Notes under the pieces: generated by a model
What the model saw: the letters and a program-made list of their open reading frames with translations, nothing else
Told to the model about the DNA's origin: nothing
Database searches by the model: none
In this document: one piece after another, positions 58,398 through 64,000 of the stretch
How the letters are laid out: every line of letters begins with the position of its first letter
How positions within the stretch are numbered: the first letter of the stretch is position 1
From: an uncultured Collinsella sp.
GTDB lineage: Bacteria > Actinomycetota > Coriobacteriia > Coriobacteriales > Coriobacteriaceae
Length of the DNA: 64,000 nucleotides
NCBI GenBank assembly: GCA_900545055.1
Contig: UQXP01000003.1
Location: forward strand, 11,335-75,334
Direction: 5' to 3'
Program-made: the position numbers and the translations under genes

Positions 58398-59588
58398 ATG
58401 AGTATCGTATTGTCACATACCACGGCGAAAGCTGTCTACCAGACCGCGCATTCGGTGTCTGCGAAAGACACCGAGCCCTGTAGTCCTGCCACAATTTACG
58501 GATCATGCCCCAGCGGAGCACTCCTCGACGCAGCCGCAGAATGGCTCGCCAAACATGATGTTTCCCTCGACGCAATTGATTCCCTCGAGGTGATGGTGTT
58601 TGATCGAAGGAATGCGCGCTATGCAATGAACTGTCAATGCCACATGTCTTCAAAACGATTCTCGAGCTCACGCTTCATCGAGCTCAAAGATGGCATCTTC
58701 GTTGTTGGCGTTGAGCTTTGCGCACTTCAGGCCGCCACCTATCTCCCTTTTCGCGAACTAGTGGAGTACTACTTTGAGCTGTGCAGCGCTTATTCCCTTG
58801 GAAACGGTTCTTCTACCTCTTATACCGAGCGTTTCCCACTTACCTCGACCGAGAGGCTAAAGCAGTTCTTTAATTCCATTACCAGATGCGACGGTCTGGC
58901 CCTTGCCCGAAAGGCGATCCAATGTGTGCGCGACGGATGCCGGTCTCCTATGGAAACGGCCTTTGTCATGATGCTAACGCTGCCCAAAAGCGAAGGAGGG
59001 CTTGGTATTAAGGGGGTTGAGACCGATTACGAGGTGCAGGTCACCGCTGCCGCGAAGAATCTCACGAGACGCAAAAAGTTCTTTATGGATGCGTATCTAA
59101 AGAAATCTCGCACAGACATTAAATACAACGGTTTTTATCATGACGCGGAAGAAGACCGCGCCATCGATGAGGAACGCAAGAATGCGCTTGCGTCCATGGG
59201 ATACGGAATCATCACCGTCAGTCGTTATTCCTTTATGCATGCCAGCGCTTTCGTTAGGGTCATGGAGGCGATCCAACGAAAAGAGGGCATACGCCCCTCG
59301 CGTCTGCCAAAAGACTTTCAAATCATGCAAGAGGACCTGAGACAGTTTGTGCTCAGAAGGTTTATAGAAGAGAAAAAGCGAATTCAGAAGCAGCTTCGCC
59401 AGGATTCCGAAGATCGTCAACGAATCGACCTCGAAAAAGCAACACTCGAAGGCATCACGCTGGATGACCCGACAATTAATGAAGTTCCGGCAATCGATGA
59501 CATGCAGACAGTCGAATCCGACAGCCCATCATTTGCCCAAACAAGCAGCCTCGCGCCCGAGGGCAGGATCTTCGGGGCCGGAAGCTAG
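58398..59588 (+). CDS. DUF559/Vsr-like endonuclease-fold protein
   Basis: 'CRSPMET', 'GGLG', 'FFMDAY...DIKYNGFYH', 'DEERKNALASMGYGIITV' match the pattern of actinobacterial DUF559-related proteins; lower GC region. Confidence 0.65.
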   Translation: MSIVLSHTTAKAVYQTAHSVSAKDTEPCSPATIYGSCPSGALLDAAAEWLAKHDVSLDAIDSLEVMVFDRRNARYAMNCQCHMSSKRFSSSRFIELKDGIFVVGVELCALQAATYLPFRELVEYYFELCSAYSLGNGSSTSYTERFPLTSTERLKQFFNSITRCDGLALARKAIQCVRDGCRSPMETAFVMMLTLPKSEGGLGIKGVETDYEVQVTAAAKNLTRRKKFFMDAYLKKSRTDIKYNGFYHDAEEDRAIDEERKNALASMGYGIITVSRYSFMHASAFVRVMEAIQRKEGIRPSRLPKDFQIMQEDLRQFVLRRFIEEKKRIQKQLRQDSEDRQRIDLEKATLEGITLDDPTINEVPAIDDMQTVESDSPSFAQTSSLAPEGRIFGAGS

Positions 59589-59617
59589 ACCGGCTAACAA
59601 GGTGGGCACCTTAGCGA

Positions 59618-59832
59618 CGTGCAAAATTGCGAGTATTCAGCAGAGCCGGGTGTCTATCACCCTCGAGTGGATCCAAATGTGAAGCGAAATCACTCTTGCG
59701 TGAGAGCGTTAGGCAACATTTGAGGAAGAACTCATCGGATTAACACCCTAAGATAACTCTTGAACTGCATTATATGGCCTGCAATAAATTAACGGACCCC
59801 CTATCGTTGCAGAATACTCCAATTTTTGCACG
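59618..59832. repeat. Long inverted-repeat element downstream of the DUF559-like gene
   Basis: CGTGCAAAATTGCGAGTATTC (59618-59638) versus GAATACTCCAATTTTTGCACG (59812-59832); internal GGCCTGCAATAAA at 59777. Confidence 0.6.
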
Positions 59833-59933
59833 GCTCAGGGGCACCCACCCCGGCATCGGCTATCAAAACCGCTCAGTCCGGGATCTCGTCCACTATTCCC
59901 CATCATTTTGTGCAACGAATTACCTGAACGTCA

Positions 59934-59993
59934 TTGACATATGAACATACACTCATATAATCGGAAGCAAGTTATATGAGCGCATGTTCATAT
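59934..59993 (+). promoter_or_regulatory. Sigma-70 promoter with two ArsR/SmtB operators
   Basis: TTGACA (59934) N16 TATAAT (59956); ATATGAACATACACTCATAT (59939-59958) and ATATGAGCGCATGTTCATAT (59974-59993). Confidence 0.85.
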
Positions 59994-60007
59994 GAAAGGA
60001 TATTGCA

Positions 60008-60373
60008 ATGAGCATCCGCGTTGATGAAACGAAACCCGACATCGAGGCCACCGAACCCGCGATCCCCACCACCTGCTCGCCCGAGGACCTTCCCGACGAG
60101 GAGCTTCTCTACGACCTCGCCGACCTGTTCAAGGTCTTCAGCGACACCACGCGCATCAAGATCCTCTATGCCCTCATGGGCCGCGAGCTCTGCGTGGCAG
60201 ACATCGCCGAAGCGACCGAAACCTCGCAGTCCGCGGTGTCGCACCAGCTGCGCACACTCAAGCAGTCGCACCTGGTTAAATTCCGGCGCGACGGGCGCAA
60301 CATCCTATACTCGCTCGCCGACGACCACGTCTACACCATGCTCAACCAGGGCATGAGCCACATCTGCGAATAG
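60008..60373 (+). CDS. ArsR/SmtB metalloregulator
   Basis: LFKVFSD.TRIKIL, ELCVADIA, SAVSHQLR and alpha5 site LADDHV...SHICE. Confidence 0.94.
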   Translation: MSIRVDETKPDIEATEPAIPTTCSPEDLPDEELLYDLADLFKVFSDTTRIKILYALMGRELCVADIAEATETSQSAVSHQLRTLKQSHLVKFRRDGRNILYSLADDHVYTMLNQGMSHICE

Positions 60374-60436
60374 CGACCAACCACGGTACCAGCGCGGCCT
60401 GCACCCAAGCCGCAAATACGGGGAAAGGAACCCACC

Positions 60437-60655
60437 ATGAAAAAGCAGTTCAAGCTCGACGAGATCGACTGCGCCAACTGCGCGCGTGAGCTTCAGGACG
60501 AGCTGGCCAAGCTCGATGGCGTCAAGTCCGTTTCGGTCAACTTTATGACCCAGAAGTTGACGCTCGAGGCCGATGACGCCGAGTTCGACGAGGTCCTCGA
60601 CCGCGTTGTGGAGTTCACCGCCGACGCCGAGCCGGACTGCGAGATCATTCTCTAG
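60437..60655 (+). CDS. Stand-alone heavy-metal-associated (HMA) domain protein
   Basis: IDCANCA motif and VNFMTQKL; SD GAAAGGA. Confidence 0.9.
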   Translation: MKKQFKLDEIDCANCARELQDELAKLDGVKSVSVNFMTQKLTLEADDAEFDEVLDRVVEFTADAEPDCEIIL

Positions 60656-60712
60656 CCCAGGTTTACGCCAACCCGCAAGGCCGCGCTTGCCGCGGCCTTT
60701 GCTCGCGAAATT

Positions 60713-60732
60713 ATATGAGCGAGTGTTCATAC
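60713..60732 (+). promoter_or_regulatory. Third ArsR/SmtB operator inside the operon
   Basis: ATATGAGCGAGTGTTCATAC, just downstream of hairpin 60675-60702. Confidence 0.7.
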
Positions 60733-60755
60733 ATTCAAATGGGAGGATACGAGTC

Positions 60756-62708
60756 ATGGCCACCGCCGACCCCAAGAAGAAAAAGAAGAAGCGCAAGAAA
60801 AAAGAGTCACTCGAGCATAAGCGCAACCGCATCCTGGTAGCGCTGGGCATTTTTGCCGTGGTGTACGCCCTCGATGAGCTCGGCACCCTCACTGCCGCAT
60901 TCGGCACCCCGGGCGACATCTACGCCAGCTTCGCACTGTTCCTCGTGCCTTTTTTGATTGCCGGCTACGACGTGCTCCAAAAGGCATACAACAACATCCG
61001 CCGCGGCAAGGCGTTCGACGAGAGCTTCCTCATGGCCGTCGCGACCATCGGCGCGTTTGCCATGGTGCTCTTCCCCGATACCGACCCGCACATGGCCGAA
61101 GGCGCCGCCGTCATGCTGTTCTACCAGGTCGGCGAGCTGTTCCAGGCATACGCCGTGGGCAAGAGCCGCAAGTCGATCAGTGCCATGATGGACATCGCGC
61201 CCGACTACGCTAACGTCGAGCAGCCCGACGGCACGCTCGAGCAGGTCTTCCCCGATGACATCGCCGTCGGCACCGTCATCGTGGTCAAGCCCGGCGAGCG
61301 CGTGCCTATCGACGGCGTCATCGTCGAGGGCGAAACCCAGCTCGACACCGCCGCACTCACGGGCGAGTCAGTTCCCCGCCCCGCCAAGTCCGGCGACGAT
61401 ATCATCAGCGGCTGCATCAACATGACGGGCCTCATCCACGTGCGCACCACCAAGCCCTTTGGCGAGTCCACCGTCGCGCGCGTCCTGGAGCTCGTAGAAA
61501 ACGCCAGCGAAAAGAAGGCGCGCACCGAGAACTTCATCACGCGCTTCGCCCGCGTCTACACGCCCGCCGTCACGGGCGCGGCCGCGGTACTCGCGCTCGG
61601 CGGCGGCCTGGTCACCGGCGCCTGGTCCGACTGGATCCTGCGCGGCCTGACCTTCCTGGTCGTCAGCTGCCCGTGCGCGCTCGTAATCAGCGTACCGTTG
61701 AGCTTCTTTGGCGGCATCGGCGGCGCCTCCAAGCTGGGCGTTCTCATCAAGGGCTCCAACTACCTCGAGACGCTCGCCGATGTGGACACCGTCGTCTTTG
61801 ACAAGACGGGCACCCTCACCAACGGCACGTTCTCGGTGGTCGCGGTGCACCCCGAGGCTGGCTATACCGAGCAGTCGTTGCTCGAGGTCGCAGCCCTTGC
61901 GGAGTCGTTCTCCGATCACCCCATCGCGCAGTCCGTGCGTGTCGCCTACCAGGGCGAGGTCGACCCCAAGCGCGTTAGCGACTCCGCTAACGACGCGGGC
62001 CACGGCGTGACGGCAATCATCGACGGCAAGCACGTCGTCGTTGGCAGCGCAAAGATGCTCGCCGCGGCCGGAGTCGAAGCGCCCGATTGCGAGGTCGTCG
62101 GCACCATCCTCCACGTGCTGGTTGATGGCATCTATGCCGGCCACATTGTAATTGCCGACACCGTCAAGGCCGATGCCGAGCAGACGATCAGCGACCTGCA
62201 CGCCGCCGGCGTCAAGCGCACCGTCATGCTCACGGGCGACCGCGAGGAGGTTGCGGCGTCTGTGGCCAAGCAACTCAGTCTCGACGAGTTCCACGCGCAG
62301 CTGCTGCCGGGCGATAAGGTCGAGCGTGTTGAGGCGTTGCTCGCGGCCGAAAGCGGCAAGGGCAAGCTCGCCTTTGTCGGCGACGGTATCAACGACGCAC
62401 CCGTGCTTACCCGCGCAGACGTTGGCATCGCCATGGGCGCTATGGGCTCGGACGCCGCAATTGAGGCGGCGGACGTCGTGCTCATGGATGACAAGCCGTC
62501 CAACATTTCCCGCGCGATCCGCGTGGCACGCAAGACCATGGCGATTGTCTGGCAGAACATCATCTTTGCGCTGGGCATTAAGTTGCTGATCCTGGTGCTT
62601 GCGGCACTGGGCATCGCCAACATGTGGCTTGCCGTGTTCGGCGACGTAGGCGTGGCGATCATCGCCATCCTGAACGCCATGCGCGCGATGGGTGTCAAGA
62701 ACCTGTAG
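60756..62708 (+). CDS. Heavy-metal (Zn/Cd-type) translocating P1B ATPase
   Basis: TGES, SCPCAL, DKTGTLT, HP and GDGINDAP motifs. Confidence 0.95.
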   Translation: MATADPKKKKKKRKKKESLEHKRNRILVALGIFAVVYALDELGTLTAAFGTPGDIYASFALFLVPFLIAGYDVLQKAYNNIRRGKAFDESFLMAVATIGAFAMVLFPDTDPHMAEGAAVMLFYQVGELFQAYAVGKSRKSISAMMDIAPDYANVEQPDGTLEQVFPDDIAVGTVIVVKPGERVPIDGVIVEGETQLDTAALTGESVPRPAKSGDDIISGCINMTGLIHVRTTKPFGESTVARVLELVENASEKKARTENFITRFARVYTPAVTGAAAVLALGGGLVTGAWSDWILRGLTFLVVSCPCALVISVPLSFFGGIGGASKLGVLIKGSNYLETLADVDTVVFDKTGTLTNGTFSVVAVHPEAGYTEQSLLEVAALAESFSDHPIAQSVRVAYQGEVDPKRVSDSANDAGHGVTAIIDGKHVVVGSAKMLAAAGVEAPDCEVVGTILHVLVDGIYAGHIVIADTVKADAEQTISDLHAAGVKRTVMLTGDREEVAASVAKQLSLDEFHAQLLPGDKVERVEALLAAESGKGKLAFVGDGINDAPVLTRADVGIAMGAMGSDAAIEAADVVLMDDKPSNISRAIRVARKTMAIVWQNIIFALGIKLLILVLAALGIANMWLAVFGDVGVAIIAILNAMRAMGVKNL

Positions 62709-62724
62709 CGTTCGTGGGCTGTCC

Positions 62725-62851
62725 GGCCGGGACCGGGTTTGGTTTTGAAAACGTCCTCGCGCATGAGGCCCGTCTTTCCTGCTCCTGCGGAGCAGCGGAA
62801 AGGCGGGCCTCGCGCTGCGGAGTGTTTTCAAAACCAAGCCCGGTCCCGGCC
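62725..62851. repeat. 127-bp nested inverted repeat
   Basis: Outer arms 62725-62752 and 62824-62851 match 27/28; inner hairpin at 62765-62811. Confidence 0.88.
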
Positions 62852-62929
62852 TGCGGTGACGTTGCTGGCGGTTCTTGGGCATCGCTTGCTGGCGGGGTTC
62901 CTTGTCTGAGTTGGAGTTAGTTGATGGGG

Positions 62930-63307
62930 CTACTGGTCCCGATCGCTGTCCCGTCCCAACATCGATCTCAGCTTCTCAAAGCTTTCCTCGCTCAGGCAGT
63001 GCTCCATGTGGCAGCCCTCTTGCGACGCGACCTCAGCCGAAACACCCGCATCCTCTAGCAGCCCCACGAAAAAGCAGTGACGCTCCCACATTTGGCGAGC
63101 GACCTCCAGACCACGCTCCGTCAGATGAACGTCGCGCTTGCCCATTTCGACATAGCCGTTGCTTTCCAACGTCGCCATGGCCTTGGAAACGCTCGCCTTG
63201 GTTACGCCGAGGTACTCCGCAACGTCAATCGAGCGCACGATGCTCTGACGTTCCGACAGAACGTAGATCGATTCGAGATAGTCTTCTCCGGATTCACGTA
63301 GGGCCAT
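62930..63307 (-). CDS. DtxR/MntR-family metal-dependent regulator
   Basis: ESGEDYLE, RSIDVA, KASVS, ERH and EGCHMEH motifs. Confidence 0.93.
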   Translation of the reverse strand: MALRESGEDYLESIYVLSERQSIVRSIDVAEYLGVTKASVSKAMATLESNGYVEMGKRDVHLTERGLEVARQMWERHCFFVGLLEDAGVSAEVASQEGCHMEHCLSEESFEKLRSMLGRDSDRDQ

Positions 63308-63329
63308 GGGCCGCCTTTCGCGATGATTG

Positions 63330-63423
63330 CTAGTTAGCCGTTGGATACTTTCCACGGCTTACTTTACCGCAAAAGTTGCCCATGTCTTACTACTTTGCCT
63401 AAAAGTTAGCCGTGTTTCACAAA
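63330..63423. promoter_or_regulatory. Three DtxR/MntR-type boxes (probable autoregulation)
   Basis: CTAGTTAGCCGTTGGATACTTT (63330), AAAGTTGCCCATGTCTTACTAC (63372) and AAAGTTAGCCGTGTTTCACAAA (63402). Confidence 0.55.
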
Positions 63424-63443
63424 ACGTGCGGGATGAAACAAAA

Positions 63444-63505
63444 TGGGGACGCCCCGCAAGGAGTGTCCCCAGCTGCCGGCAGAAAAGGAACGTCCCCAAG
63501 TGCCG
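63444..63505. repeat. Family C repeat cluster
   Basis: TGGGGAC...AAGGAGTGTCCCCAGCTGCCGGCAGAAAAGGAACGTCCCCAAGTGCCG. Confidence 0.85.
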
Positions 63506-63513
63506 AGCCGCAG

Positions 63514-64000
63514 CTATAGCAGCCCAAAGTGCTTCGCGGCGTTGTAGATGCCGTCGTCGTCCACGGCGGTCGTCACATAGGTCGCCGCAGCTTTCACCGT
63601 GTCCTGTGCGTTGCCCATGGCCACGCTCGTGCCCACGGCGGCAAACATCGACAGGTCGTTCTCGCCGTCACCAAAGGCAATCGCCTCGCTCGCGTCGATA
63701 CCAAGCCGCTCGAGCGTCGCCGCCACGCCCAGGTCCTTGCCGCCGTTAGCGGGAATAATGTCGCAGAACAGGTCGCACCAGCGCGTGGTGAGCGAATGCG
63801 ACACGGCGTCGGTCACGATATGTTCGTCGGCCGGGTCCACAAAGGCGCAGAACTGGTAGACCGGTGCGTCAAAGGCGTGCTCAAACGGCTCCTCGTGGTA
63901 GACGATTCCCGCGTTGCTGCCAGCCGTCACCACGCGCTCGGACAGGCGGTTCACAAACGAGTTCTCGCCCTGCATGCACAGCGAGTCATAGCGCCCCTGC
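63514..64000 (-). CDS. Cof-type HAD-IIB hydrolase (5' part lies outside the window)
   Basis: GGKD.G, AFGDGENDLSM, VAMGNA and VDDDGI motifs; the frame stays open to the window edge. Confidence 0.92.
   Translation of the reverse strand, partial: QGRYDSLCMQGENSFVNRLSERVVTAGSNAGIVYHEEPFEHAFDAPVYQFCAFVDPADEHIVTDAVSHSLTTRWCDLFCDIIPANGGKDLGVAATLERLGIDASEAIAFGDGENDLSMFAAVGTSVAMGNAQDTVKAAATYVTTAVDDDGIYNAAKHFGLL

Overview
High-GC (~60-65%) chromosomal window of an anaerobic Actinomycetota bacterium. Gene content and style suggest Coriobacteriia, probably Collinsella-like; this is an inference. Most of it is housekeeping: Rrf2 regulator with the divergent sufCBDSU operon, a NifU-like/GGGtGRT gene pair, dinD, tRNA-Lys/His/Ala, rho, argS, proA/proB, pncB, a probable 6S RNA, trpS, pckA, serC/serA, and a metal block (Mn transporter, ArsR-HMA-P1B ATPase, DtxR/MntR). 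No prophage, CRISPR array or integrase was seen. The intergenic DNA is the most interesting part. (1) A REP-associated Y1 tyrosine transposase (RAYT-like) occurs with at least four families of dispersed hairpin repeats that have different stems but share a GGGAC core, and several pairs bracket single genes. (2) A separate class of 120-215 bp long-inverted-repeat elements has unrelated arms but a shared AAAACCGCAGG-like internal motif; one lies beside a DUF559-like nuclease gene. (3) A guanidine-IV-like riboswitch precedes a stand-alone B3/4 editing protein. (4) An orphan pair of DtxR/MntR-type boxes sits in front of a structured candidate sRNA. (5) A 177-bp-period duplication includes the tRNA-Lys 3' end. 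All product calls come from motif recognition only; no database searches were run.
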